From positions 28,019 through 92,018 of IMG/VR virus record IMGVR_UViG_3300013094_000027: a stretch of 64,000 nucleotides of DNA; one strand, written 5' to 3'. The number at the start of each line of letters is the position of its first letter. The stretch's first letter is position 1. The notes beneath the pieces are model-generated. The model had not been told where the DNA came from and did no database searches. It saw only the letters and a list, made by a program, of their open reading frames with translations. Made by a program: the position numbers and the translations under genes. Positions 10,712-20,232 of this stretch are shown piece by piece. This DNA comes from a virus.

Positions 10712-11060
10712 TTTTTATATTTTTTGAAATTAAAAAATTGTATATTTTTTCTGTTATATAACCTACTATATAAGCTTTTGTTTCTTCATCTTTTATAGAT
10801 GAATCATTTAAAATGTGTTCTGTAACATGTAATATCTCATGTGAAATATAATAATTGGTTATATATTTATCTTTTATGATGATAAAATAATCTGCATTTT
10901 TTAAACAAAAAGTTACAGCAGCAGCATCTCCATCATAATCGTGCATTTGTTCATTACGTTTTTTAAGTAATGTTTTTATTTTCTTTTTTATATCTGACAC
11001 TATATAAAAATAAATATCACTTTTTAAAAAGTCTATTTTTATTTTTGTTTGTAGATACAT
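10704..11060 (-). CDS. Small HExxH (zincin-like) protein
   Basis: SHEILH followed by DEETKAYIVGYITEKIY; similar to 48456-48821. Confidence 0.65.
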   Translation of the reverse strand: MYLQTKIKIDFLKSDIYFYIVSDIKKKIKTLLKKRNEQMHDYDGDAAAVTFCLKNADYFIIIKDKYITNYYISHEILHVTEHILNDSSIKDEETKAYIVGYITEKIYNFLISKNIKIA

Positions 11061-11069
11061 AAAAAATAT

Positions 11070-12071
11070 TTAAAAAGGAAGACTATGATAGTATTGACGA
11101 AAAGCGTCTGTCTGAAATGTTCTATAATATTTTTGATATTGTGCTTCTCTATTTTTTCTAAATACTTGTTGCATTTCTTCAAAATTAGGAGTATTTACAA
11201 TAGATAGTGCTTTTGCTCTTGCTTCTCTTGCTTCAAGTTTTGCTGCTTGATATTTTTGTGCAACTTCTTCACCAAGACTATAATACATTATTTTAAATAC
11301 GTATTCCATCATGGCAGCAATATAATAAAAATTTATTTCAGGATGATCTAAAACAAGTAAATTTCCATCTTCATCTTCTAAAGATCCCTGATAAGAAATA
11401 TATACTTTTCCATGTTTTACTGAAGTATATAGAAATCCGTTTTTTATTTGTGCTGTATGCCTTGCTGTACATTTAGAATTCATTGAATTAGGATCTAAGT
11501 ATGTTTGAGGCAAAATATATAATCTTTCAAAAGAACTATATTCGTATGTATGATGATTCTTTTTAAGAATTACTTTTACATTATTTGTGCCATTTTCACA
11601 TACAGAATAGCAACTTCTTTGAAACCAAGGATCTTGTTCAGGAGTACATGTATTTATAGGATTATCATATGAATCAGAAACACCACATGCATTATCATAT
11701 GTTTTGTTTGGATTCAATTGATTTATATCATAAGTTAACGGTACTTCACAAGAAGTATTTCCTGATAAAAAGACGTTTTCTGTTGTTCTTCCTGCCCAAG
11801 TAATAGGTGTTGTACATCTTTCATGAGTAGTTAACATAGCACCATTAAGAACATAAAAATCTTCAGGCAACTTTGCTATAAAATTATTTATATCTATAAT
11901 AGTTTCTTTGTTTTGATGGATTCTCAAACCCAAATCATAGTTTACTCTTTGAGCAACTTTAATTAATTGAGAAGGTTCAATAAGACCTTCTTCATCTAAA
12001 ACCCTTAGATCAACAAGAACATCATTTAACAAATCATCAAACGTTCTAAATTTTAATTCTAAATTACCCAT
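11070..12071 (-). CDS. Tail tubular / ring protein
   Basis: 333 aa; GKVYISYQG...DEDGNLLVLDHP motif; position before the muzzle gene as in crAss-like tail modules. Confidence 0.7.
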   Translation of the reverse strand: MGNLELKFRTFDDLLNDVLVDLRVLDEEGLIEPSQLIKVAQRVNYDLGLRIHQNKETIIDINNFIAKLPEDFYVLNGAMLTTHERCTTPITWAGRTTENVFLSGNTSCEVPLTYDINQLNPNKTYDNACGVSDSYDNPINTCTPEQDPWFQRSCYSVCENGTNNVKVILKKNHHTYEYSSFERLYILPQTYLDPNSMNSKCTARHTAQIKNGFLYTSVKHGKVYISYQGSLEDEDGNLLVLDHPEINFYYIAAMMEYVFKIMYYSLGEEVAQKYQAAKLEAREARAKALSIVNTPNFEEMQQVFRKNREAQYQKYYRTFQTDAFRQYYHSLPF

Positions 12072-12072
12072 T

Positions 12073-12753
12073 TTACTTTAAGTTAGATTTGTTATCGTTA
12101 TCTTGATCTGATTGAATTTGAAGTGTCATTCCCAAACTTTGAAACAAAAGCGACTCAGCTCTGGCTAAAATATAATCTGGAACATTAAATGATATTTGTT
12201 GTCTTGGTAAACATTCTTCTTCAGAGTTACATTTGTATTTAGAAATGTTACCTTCTGTAATTGCTTCTATTCTAACTGCTTTCCAAGAAATATTTGGAAA
12301 ATATAAATAGTCATTCAAATACCAATAATATAATGTTTTATTATATTTAAATGAAGATGATTTAGATATTTTTAAATATCCTGCCGGTGTTATAGGTTGA
12401 AACTCTTCATATCCATCTAAAGATGTAACTGAACGAATCATCCCTCCCCAATAAGCTTCCATAAACAATTCTCCAACAGGATCTTTAGTTCTCATAAAAG
12501 TATATCCTGTTTTTAGTCCTATACAACCCGCTTCTATTCTGTCTACTTCTATTAAAGGAACAACATCTAATGATTGAAAAAGAGCATTAAAAGACATAAG
12601 TCGATTCTTACTATCAAGTTCTTTCATAGTTTGATTAATCCAAGGCTTTAATAAAGCCCAGATTTCCCTGTCAGTAAGAAAAGGATCTTGTTTTACAGCT
12701 TTTAATTTAAAGCGTGTTCTCGACAAAACGTCAGAATACGTTAATTGGCTCAT
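12073..12753 (-). CDS. Tail ring-type structural protein
   Basis: 226 aa; YYWYLNDYLYF motif and C-terminal DQDND; synteny. Confidence 0.6.
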   Translation of the reverse strand: MSQLTYSDVLSRTRFKLKAVKQDPFLTDREIWALLKPWINQTMKELDSKNRLMSFNALFQSLDVVPLIEVDRIEAGCIGLKTGYTFMRTKDPVGELFMEAYWGGMIRSVTSLDGYEEFQPITPAGYLKISKSSSFKYNKTLYYWYLNDYLYFPNISWKAVRIEAITEGNISKYKCNSEEECLPRQQISFNVPDYILARAESLLFQSLGMTLQIQSDQDNDNKSNLK

Positions 12754-13316
12754 AAATCAGAATTTAATTTTTGTTGTTTTATTATTTCACGAAGTTTTCT
12801 ATTATGATCTCTAAACAATCGTGATATTCTGCTGTAGTGATCTGCATATAAATACATGTATGGATTTTTTGTAAATGCTTTGGAAGTTTTTTTTGTCATA
12901 GGTCTTCCTGGTTGAAAAGCCCATAATTTAGCATTTTTAAATCTGTACTTAGAAGCATAGTTAGAATAAAATATTTTACACACCCATTCATTAGACTCCC
13001 AATTTTTATAATAAACTTTTCGATTATATTTTTTAGATGTCTGCTCATCAATAGGTTCAAAATCAGCAGATTTGAATTTTCCCAACAATATATAACCTAA
13101 TTGTTCTGGAAGTTCTAAACCATCTCTGGTATTGGCTATTATATCGAGACAAAGAAGGTGAAATATTTTTAAAATATTTTTAACATCTCTAAATGAAAAA
13201 AATAAATCAGGATTATCCTTCTTAAATTTTAAGAAGAAGTCCTGATTTATTGATTTAAAAGTACTATATCTAAATCTGGGTGCTTTTCGATCTGGTTCTC
13301 TATATTGGTTATTCAT
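12750..13316 (-). CDS. IHF/HU-like DNA-binding protein
   Basis: Basic 188 aa; two helices then GLELPEQLGYI; occupies the crAss IHF-like position before the tail ring genes. Confidence 0.6.
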   Translation of the reverse strand: MNNQYREPDRKAPRFRYSTFKSINQDFFLKFKKDNPDLFFSFRDVKNILKIFHLLCLDIIANTRDGLELPEQLGYILLGKFKSADFEPIDEQTSKKYNRKVYYKNWESNEWVCKIFYSNYASKYRFKNAKLWAFQPGRPMTKKTSKAFTKNPYMYLYADHYSRISRLFRDHNRKLREIIKQQKLNSDL

Positions 13317-13323
13317 ATACTAA

Positions 13324-13353
13324 AATATACGAAAAACCATTTACATTTGCAAA
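13324..13353 (-). promoter_or_regulatory. Candidate promoter TTTG-N19-GTATATT
   Basis: Minus strand ttttgcaaatgtaaatggtttttcGTATATTttagtatATG; same spacing recurs before other late genes. Confidence 0.55.
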
Positions 13354-13368
13354 ATAAACCTGTTGTGT

Positions 13369-14601
13369 TTAGATTCTTTCTTCAAATTCACAAACCTTGC
13401 CTTTTTCATGATCATATATTGTTGCAACAGCACATCTAATCGAACAAACATAGTTATTATCTTGATGCCATCTATCAGCACCTGTTAAAGAAGGAAGTTG
13501 TTTTACTCTTACACCTTTAATATCTTTTTCCATATAAAAATGCTTATCACCAGTATGTACTTCTTTGTATTTACATTTACCCCAATATTCCCAAAACTCA
13601 GTAGCTAATAGTAAAGGTAATTCATCTATCTTACAATTTCCATGATGATAACCTATTAGAGTATTTCCGTAGATTTTTATTTTTCTGTTTGCAGCAGATC
13701 TATCAAAACAAATGTCAGCGTTTTTTCTAAAATATGCTTCTAAAGCGTGACCTAAGAAAAACTCTTTCATTTTTGCATGATTTCCTTGAACACAAATAAC
13801 ATTTAATTTGTTGCAATGCAATTTCAAAATTTCAATAGCATGTACCAAAACATTAAATCCTACTTCATAAGATTTATCCCATAAACAAATATTATCTTGA
13901 GTATGATTACTTATACTTGTTCCATTTTGGTAATTATCTGAATTAAAAAAGTCATTACCTATAACAAAAGTTATTTCTTCCAAATAATAAGAAGCCACTG
14001 CTTTTTCTAAAAGAGAAAATAATATTTTTATATATTGATCAGCTCTTTGTTGAATTGTTATATTTTCTCCATCCATTTTATCTATATGATAGTCTGCAAT
14101 AGATAATTCTAACATTGTCTTTCTTTTGGAAACATGCTTTTCAACTATATTGAAAAGTGGTTTTTCACTTGGTTTAAATGTTTTAAGAAATTCTTGAAAT
14201 TCTTGAAGTACGTTTTGTTCTTTTGAAATAGCAACTACTTTTGCAGCAGTTAACCATGTATCAGGTTTTCCTGAATTCCATACAGAATATCTGGCAAGTT
14301 TCCATTTTGATTTATCTAACTGAATCAGAGATTCTATTTCTTCTGCTGTTTTTGGTTGAAAAGAACTTTCTATTTTAAATTCAGCAGTACCTTTTTCAAG
14401 ATCTTCTATATAACCTGTTGCAAAACCATTTTTTTGTAATTCAAAATAATTGTCTTCAGCATCAGATTCTTCTTTTTGAAGATTTAAAACTTCTTGTTTT
14501 AAAGAAAGAAATTCTTCTAAACTCATGTTTAATTTTTGTGCAGTTTCAATGTTACTTTTTTTCCATGAAATTGCTTTTGCAACCGTTTCTAATTTAGTCA
14601 T
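13369..14601 (-). CDS. Calcineurin-like metallophosphoesterase with N-terminal HTH-like region
   Basis: IADYH, GNDFFN, QGNH, HHG and GDKH metal-binding motifs. Confidence 0.8.
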   Translation of the reverse strand: MTKLETVAKAISWKKSNIETAQKLNMSLEEFLSLKQEVLNLQKEESDAEDNYFELQKNGFATGYIEDLEKGTAEFKIESSFQPKTAEEIESLIQLDKSKWKLARYSVWNSGKPDTWLTAAKVVAISKEQNVLQEFQEFLKTFKPSEKPLFNIVEKHVSKRKTMLELSIADYHIDKMDGENITIQQRADQYIKILFSLLEKAVASYYLEEITFVIGNDFFNSDNYQNGTSISNHTQDNICLWDKSYEVGFNVLVHAIEILKLHCNKLNVICVQGNHAKMKEFFLGHALEAYFRKNADICFDRSAANRKIKIYGNTLIGYHHGNCKIDELPLLLATEFWEYWGKCKYKEVHTGDKHFYMEKDIKGVRVKQLPSLTGADRWHQDNNYVCSIRCAVATIYDHEKGKVCEFEERI

Positions 14602-14626
14602 TAGTTTTTAGTTTTAAAAATTTTTA

Positions 14627-14657
14627 CAAAACTACATTGATTTTTTATTATAGCAAA
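14627..14657 (-). promoter_or_regulatory. Bacteroidota housekeeping-sigma-type promoter (TTTG ... TAGTTTTG)
   Basis: Matches -33 TTTG / -7 TAnnTTTG upstream of 14601. Confidence 0.55.
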
Positions 14658-14678
14658 ATAAATTTTAAAAATTTATTA

Positions 14679-14714
14679 AAAAATAAAGGGAGCCTAAGAA
14701 TAAGCCCCCTTATA
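14679..14714 (-). terminator. Intrinsic terminator
   Basis: Minus strand aagggggcttattcttaggctcccttt followed by a T run, after 14753. Confidence 0.7.
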
Positions 14715-14752
14715 GTTGTACTTAAACCAATAAACGATACAACATTAATATT

Positions 14753-16225
14753 TTAAACAATTTCAACAACATTACCATTTCTCCATAAAGATCCTGAAAC
14801 AAGACCTACAGAAGAAGTAGGTAAGTTGTATATTGTGGGCAAACCATTTATTATGTTATAACTACCTACAGTTCCACTTTGATCACTATAACCTATAGCA
14901 AAACTTGAATTTTGAATACTACATCCAGAATATAAAACACAATTTTGCATGTTCAAATAATTAAACACATTGCTTGATCCTGTATATCTTATTACAGTAT
15001 TGTTGCTAAAACAATTTTGATTTAAATATACATTTTTTAAAACAAAATCATAAGGTATTGGTTGTCCAAAATGCAATGAATCTGTTGTTATTACATTTGA
15101 ATTGGGTATAGCAATATTTAAAAAACAAAGAGGTTGTGTTATTGTAGAACCAAAACTAATACTATGAACATTTTCTATTATAAAAGTATTTAATTTTCCT
15201 GAAACAACGATTACATCGTTATTATAAGCAGAAGCATAAAAACCATTTCTTATGATAACAAAAGAACTTCCAGGATTAACTGTTTCAGTAACATTATGAT
15301 TAAATACATGACCCGATGTATTACCATTATATTTACCGGCAATTAAATCTACACCATAATAAATATAACCTCCATTAAGATCTATTGAAAAAGAACTTCC
15401 TGAATAGTATACACAATCGTTTTGTGAAGAAGAAATTACAGAATTGTTTCCAGATAATTTTATGTGTGTTGAAGGTCTTGCATAACCACTACCTGAAGAA
15501 TTAACAGTATGATTTATTAAAGGAGTACTATTATTATTAGTATTACCATAAATTTGATATGCTTCTATATACATTGATTTGTTGTAAGAAGCAGAAGAAT
15601 AACCTCCGTTATTTCTTAAAAATCCTCCTGTAGAAGTTTGAAAATTTAAATAACCTGTTACTATAAATCCTGCAGCACCATCTGATACACTAGAAGAATC
15701 TATAAAATAGCCTGATCCTGTAAAAGTTACATTTGCTCCATTATAAAATGTCCAATAAGTAGTAGGAATGTAAATGTTGGCTGCTGTACTATATGACCCT
15801 GCCATTACATAAATTCCTGCATTAGCGTGTTGCGGTGAAGAAGTTGTTCCTGATCCAAGAACAGCATTGTATGCCAAATCAATTGTTTTAAAAGGATTTG
15901 CTACAGAACCATCTCCATTGTTAGAATTATTGGAATCAACATAAAATAAATATAGAGGATTATATGTAGCCCCCGAACAAGATCCGCATTGACATATTTT
16001 AGCATCCATTGTGCTAAGAATGGTTTGTAAATCGGTATTTGCAGGTAGCTTTGTGCAACTTAAATATGCTGTTGAAAAAACACAAGGTGTTTGAATCGCA
16101 TCTTCACATATTGTACCTTGACAAGGAATTGTTGCTGGATTTACACAATAATTTGGAGGACAACTGCAATTTGCATTTGCACAACCATTATTATAGTTAT
16201 AATTATTATTTTGACAATTACACAT
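14753..16225 (-). CDS. Tail spike/fibre with Cys-rich N-terminus and beta-helix-like body
   Basis: YVDS...GDGSVANPFKTI (DUF1565-like) start; C-terminal NLPTSSVGLVSGSLWRNG motif. Confidence 0.7.
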   Translation of the reverse strand: MCNCQNNNYNYNNGCANANCSCPPNYCVNPATIPCQGTICEDAIQTPCVFSTAYLSCTKLPANTDLQTILSTMDAKICQCGSCSGATYNPLYLFYVDSNNSNNGDGSVANPFKTIDLAYNAVLGSGTTSSPQHANAGIYVMAGSYSTAANIYIPTTYWTFYNGANVTFTGSGYFIDSSSVSDGAAGFIVTGYLNFQTSTGGFLRNNGGYSSASYNKSMYIEAYQIYGNTNNNSTPLINHTVNSSGSGYARPSTHIKLSGNNSVISSSQNDCVYYSGSSFSIDLNGGYIYYGVDLIAGKYNGNTSGHVFNHNVTETVNPGSSFVIIRNGFYASAYNNDVIVVSGKLNTFIIENVHSISFGSTITQPLCFLNIAIPNSNVITTDSLHFGQPIPYDFVLKNVYLNQNCFSNNTVIRYTGSSNVFNYLNMQNCVLYSGCSIQNSSFAIGYSDQSGTVGSYNIINGLPTIYNLPTSSVGLVSGSLWRNGNVVEIV

Positions 16226-16236
16226 ATTTATTATTT

Positions 16237-17418
16237 TTAGCTAGATGTTGTTGTAAAAGGAACTGAAGCACATATATAAGGTGCAATACCTGTTACTGTT
16301 GTTGTAACAACAATATTATAAGAAGTAGATCCTGTCAAATTAGTAAATGTTCCTGTGACAGGTAATGAAGGATTGGTATATGTTGCTGTTGCTATACTTG
16401 TTCCACCACTTGCTGCATATAAATTAAGTACATAAGTTACATTAGAAGTTATGTAAGGTGTCAAAGTATACGATACTGACGTATGTGCCGGTGTAGTATT
16501 TAATGCAGGACAATATCCAATATTATTTGTTACAGTAGATAATGTTGTTTTATTACAAGTAAGACCTAGTGTAGAGTTTGTTAAAACAGAAATTACTTTT
16601 ATTGTGTAATTAGATGTTGGTAACAAAGCTGTTCCGGAAATAGGAACATTTAATGGTGAAGTACTATTTGATAAAGTAACCAAATTAATACTTGTAGTAT
16701 ATGAATTTCCTGCAGAATCTGTTACAACAACAGAAGAACCTGTGTCAGAAAATCCTGAAGGAATAAAAGTGTATCCGTCAAAAAACAAATTAATACCTGA
16801 AGTATAACTTATTACTTGAGCAGCAAAATTTATAATTACTTGTGAACAAGTAGGTGTTACAGCATTTAAAGCATTTGTTATTCCTGATCTTGCGTCACAC
16901 AATGTTAACCAAAGATTAGTTAAAGTGTCTGCTACAGTAGCGGGAGAATTTACCCATCCAGGAATTGCACTCATTGAAGATCTTGGATTAGCAAAAGAAC
17001 TTGAACTATTTAAATTAGCACATTCTTTAGTAATAGCTGTAGCTAATGCTGATTGAGAACCTGTTACTCCGACATATGCACACCATACTGATACCATTTC
17101 TGCTAAAACAACATCTATTGTTTGTGTTGTTCCACTATTACCTAAACATAAAGGATTAATTTTAGGAGTAGTATATGGAGCAGTAATACCTGATGTTATA
17201 TTAAAAAGAGTATTTATATTAGTAGTGTTTGTGGCAACTTCGCTACTCAATGTTGTATAGTTAGTAAGTATAGTATTTACTTGTTGCCCAACTAATACTA
17301 AATAACTGTATGGATATAAAGTTTCAACAGGATTTCCATTACTATCATCATAAATTAAATTAGATGGTAATGTTATTAAATTATTAGGAACCCATATAGG
17401 TATAATAGGCTGTGCCAT
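16237..17418 (-). CDS. Tail hub/fibre-associated protein with C-terminal FN3/Ig-like strands
   Basis: Thr/Ser-rich; FTNLTGSTSYNI FN3-like motif. Confidence 0.55.
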   Translation of the reverse strand: MAQPIIPIWVPNNLITLPSNLIYDDSNGNPVETLYPYSYLVLVGQQVNTILTNYTTLSSEVATNTTNINTLFNITSGITAPYTTPKINPLCLGNSGTTQTIDVVLAEMVSVWCAYVGVTGSQSALATAITKECANLNSSSSFANPRSSMSAIPGWVNSPATVADTLTNLWLTLCDARSGITNALNAVTPTCSQVIINFAAQVISYTSGINLFFDGYTFIPSGFSDTGSSVVVTDSAGNSYTTSINLVTLSNSTSPLNVPISGTALLPTSNYTIKVISVLTNSTLGLTCNKTTLSTVTNNIGYCPALNTTPAHTSVSYTLTPYITSNVTYVLNLYAASGGTSIATATYTNPSLPVTGTFTNLTGSTSYNIVVTTTVTGIAPYICASVPFTTTSS

Positions 17419-17431
17419 AATTATTATTTAT

Positions 17432-17785
17432 TTAATTTGTTTCTAAAGAAGTACCTGCAACTAATTGATTTACAGTATTTTGTAATGCTGTGATATTTTG
17501 ATTTGCCGTGCAAATAGCATTTACAATTATTTGTAAAACATCATTTAAATTTGTAGGATTTTGACAAGAAGGACATGGTGTATAAATACAAGAAAGATTC
17601 AAAGTACTTAAATTCAATAATCCTTGAATATAACACGTTTCTTGTCCTATTTTTAATAAAACATCACTTACTGTATCTCCATTGCATATATTAATGCATG
17701 GTATGGAATTACCATTATAAGTAACACAATTTGATCCTTCAACAGATCCACAACGAGTTGATTTATTAGGAATTATCGGTTCCAT
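17432..17785 (-). CDS. Cys-rich structural protein (likely start MEPIIP)
   Basis: SNCVTYNG...CINICNGD motif, C-terminal coiled coil. Confidence 0.6.
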   Translation of the reverse strand: MEPIIPNKSTRCGSVEGSNCVTYNGNSIPCINICNGDTVSDVLLKIGQETCYIQGLLNLSTLNLSCIYTPCPSCQNPTNLNDVLQIIVNAICTANQNITALQNTVNQLVAGTSLETN

Positions 17786-18026
17786 CTGTAGTTTGTTTTT
17801 GCCAATGAAAAAATTGACAAATAAAATAAATTCCACCATTTGCAGAACCTATAATATTTGCTATTAATAATCTTAAATGTTCTGATATGTATTCAGAAAG
17901 ATTTGGTGATACAACCATCAACCATATTCCACTTATTGCCATAATTATACGATAAATAAGTTTAATTGATGATGGTGTTTCGGCATTAAATGCTTCTTTT
18001 GAAAAGTCTAATTTAATATTAGCCAT
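17766..18026 (-). CDS. Holin-like membrane protein
   Basis: 86 aa with two hydrophobic segments. Confidence 0.5.
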   Translation of the reverse strand: MANIKLDFSKEAFNAETPSSIKLIYRIIMAISGIWLMVVSPNLSEYISEHLRLLIANIIGSANGGIYFICQFFHWQKQTTDGTDNS

Positions 18027-18300
18027 GTTTGTAAGTTTCTATTGAAGTTACTCTTTTATCTATATGTTTGACAAATTCTTCAAGATCGTTTACTTTATCT
18101 AATACATTAAGTAATTTTTCATCATTTTTACCCATATGTATTAAAAGATCCCGAATATCTTTGTTCATTTCTTTTATTTCTTTGTTTGTGTTATCTTGGC
18201 TTTTTTTAATTCCGTTTAAAATAAAAATAGCCCATGTTCCAAGAAATGATAGTGTTATTCCAATTATAGCAATAATGCTTTCAGAACTTAAATTTGTCAT
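18019..18300 (-). CDS. Membrane protein with coiled coil (XhlA/holin-like)
   Basis: N-terminal TM helix then heptad-like C-terminus ending DKRVTSIE. Confidence 0.5.
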   Translation of the reverse strand: MTNLSSESIIAIIGITLSFLGTWAIFILNGIKKSQDNTNKEIKEMNKDIRDLLIHMGKNDEKLLNVLDKVNDLEEFVKHIDKRVTSIETYKHG

Positions 18301-18341
18301 TTTAATATTGTTTGTATTTTATAAATTTGTTGTGTTTATTA

Positions 18342-19973
18342 TTATAAAATAAAAGCTTTAGCTGATTGCATTGCAGAAGAACTTAAATTATTCCAATTCA
18401 AAGTATTAGAAAGTGTAGGATTTCCAAAATCCCATATAGTTTGTCCTACTGATGAATTTATATCTGTTGCATTAACATAGCAAACTAATTGTGTAGCACC
18501 TTGAGAAAGAACAAGATTTGCTTGTGTTCCTGGGGTTGATGCATTTAATGTTATACTTTTTAAATTTGTACCATTTAAGGTTAAATTTGTATTAACTGTA
18601 TAAGTAACACTCGATTGTAAGGTTACTGTCATCATGCCTGATGGTACTATTGTTGGAATGTAAGTAAATGTACCTACATTAAATCCTGCCGTTCCAGAAA
18701 AAGTTACTGACCAATTACCACCTGATGTAGGAACTACTGTTGTTAATGTTGTTGCAGTTAATGTGCTATTTATTGTGACACCTATAGTTCCACCAGAAGC
18801 TAAATATACAGCATTCCATGAAATACCTGATGTATTTAAAACTACTGGGTATGTTGGTGTTGTTGTCAAAGATAAAGTTGAACCTGTTGTAACAACAGTA
18901 CCAGCAGTATAAGTAATATATTGAGTTATTGAATTGTATGTACTATTAAATATGAATGTTTGACCACTTTGAAATGTAACTGTTCCAGTTGTATTTATAG
19001 TAAATGAAGCAGCACCAAACCCTCCAGAATTTGAAGTTCCCATAGAAATAGTACCTGTACCACAATAAACCCATGCTGTAGTTCCTATTATACAAGGATT
19101 ACCAAGATTTGTACCCAAAGCAATATTACCATTCAAATACATGGTGTAGCCATTTAAAGTAGTAGTAACACTTGCAGCAAATGTGCAGTTTGTTACTGCA
19201 CAAAGATTACTTGATAAAGTTATTGTACCACCACCAAATGTTACAGTTCCTGGATTGCAACCAGATGTATTTGTTGTTGAGTTTGAATTAGAAGAGTTTA
19301 AATTAAGAGTGCATGTACCAGATATGTTTAAAGTATTTGTAAATACAACTGTTCCAGAAACATAAGTGAAAGTGCAAGAAGACAAATTAATCCCAAAAGA
19401 AGAACATGTAAAAGTGCCAGAACCTGCTGCTATTTGAACAGTCATAGAAGTAAACTTATTAGTAAAACTACTTACTGATGACCCAGAACCATAAATATAT
19501 GTTGATGATCCTGTTATTACAACTTGTGATAATCCTTGTGATGTTAATGTACCACCATTTACTGTTATAGATGTTGCACTTAAAAATAAAGTTCCTGATA
19601 CTGTTAAACTATCGGAAATTGTAATCGTAATACCTGTTGTATTGCAATAAATTTGGTTTGTCCAAACTTTTCCATTTGATGTTATCGTTGAGTTTGTGTT
19701 GATAGCAAGATAACCACTACCTGAACTTGTCATACTTGTCCCTAATGTGATATTACCTGAAACAGTTAAGTTGTTAGTAAAAGTTATGTTGTGTGTATAG
19801 TTTGTAAAATCAACATTGTTACATACGGATGCTACGTTAACTGTACATGCTGGACTAGATGATGTAAACGTAGCGGTATTACCATCTGTTGCAGTAGGGA
19901 CTACTCCTAAAGACCAATTAGTAGACACATTCCAGTTAGAATTGGTTGTTCCTGTAAAATTGTTGGCAGCCAT
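18342..19973 (-). CDS. Ser/Thr-rich beta-helical fibre/adhesin
   Basis: NSNWNVSTNWS...VP start typical of G8/autotransporter-like passenger repeats; very T/S/G-rich. Confidence 0.65.
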   Translation of the reverse strand: MAANNFTGTTNSNWNVSTNWSLGVVPTATDGNTATFTSSSPACTVNVASVCNNVDFTNYTHNITFTNNLTVSGNITLGTSMTSSGSGYLAINTNSTITSNGKVWTNQIYCNTTGITITISDSLTVSGTLFLSATSITVNGGTLTSQGLSQVVITGSSTYIYGSGSSVSSFTNKFTSMTVQIAAGSGTFTCSSFGINLSSCTFTYVSGTVVFTNTLNISGTCTLNLNSSNSNSTTNTSGCNPGTVTFGGGTITLSSNLCAVTNCTFAASVTTTLNGYTMYLNGNIALGTNLGNPCIIGTTAWVYCGTGTISMGTSNSGGFGAASFTINTTGTVTFQSGQTFIFNSTYNSITQYITYTAGTVVTTGSTLSLTTTPTYPVVLNTSGISWNAVYLASGGTIGVTINSTLTATTLTTVVPTSGGNWSVTFSGTAGFNVGTFTYIPTIVPSGMMTVTLQSSVTYTVNTNLTLNGTNLKSITLNASTPGTQANLVLSQGATQLVCYVNATDINSSVGQTIWDFGNPTLSNTLNWNNLSSSAMQSAKAFIL

Positions 19974-19977
19974 TTAA

Positions 19978-20229
19978 TTAAATTGTTCCTGTTTGCCCTA
20001 TAAATGTAGTTGTATTTAAAAGATTAGTTAAAGCAGCAACAGTATTAAGTTCATTTTGAATAGATTGTCCTCTTGCAATAACAGCGTTTATTACATCATT
20101 TTGAGTTTGTGGACTAAAAATAGCAACCACTACACCACTTTGTAAAGTACCATCATTTAATGTATAGTCTACTGTTACATTTAAACTATTTGAACTAACT
20201 TGTTGTTGTCCTGTGATTGTATATGTCAT
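19978..20229 (-). CDS. Small fibre-associated protein
   Basis: 83 aa, tightly packed between two fibre genes. Confidence 0.5.
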   Translation of the reverse strand: MTYTITGQQQVSSNSLNVTVDYTLNDGTLQSGVVVAIFSPQTQNDVINAVIARGQSIQNELNTVAALTNLLNTTTFIGQTGTI

Positions 20230-20232
20230 ATA

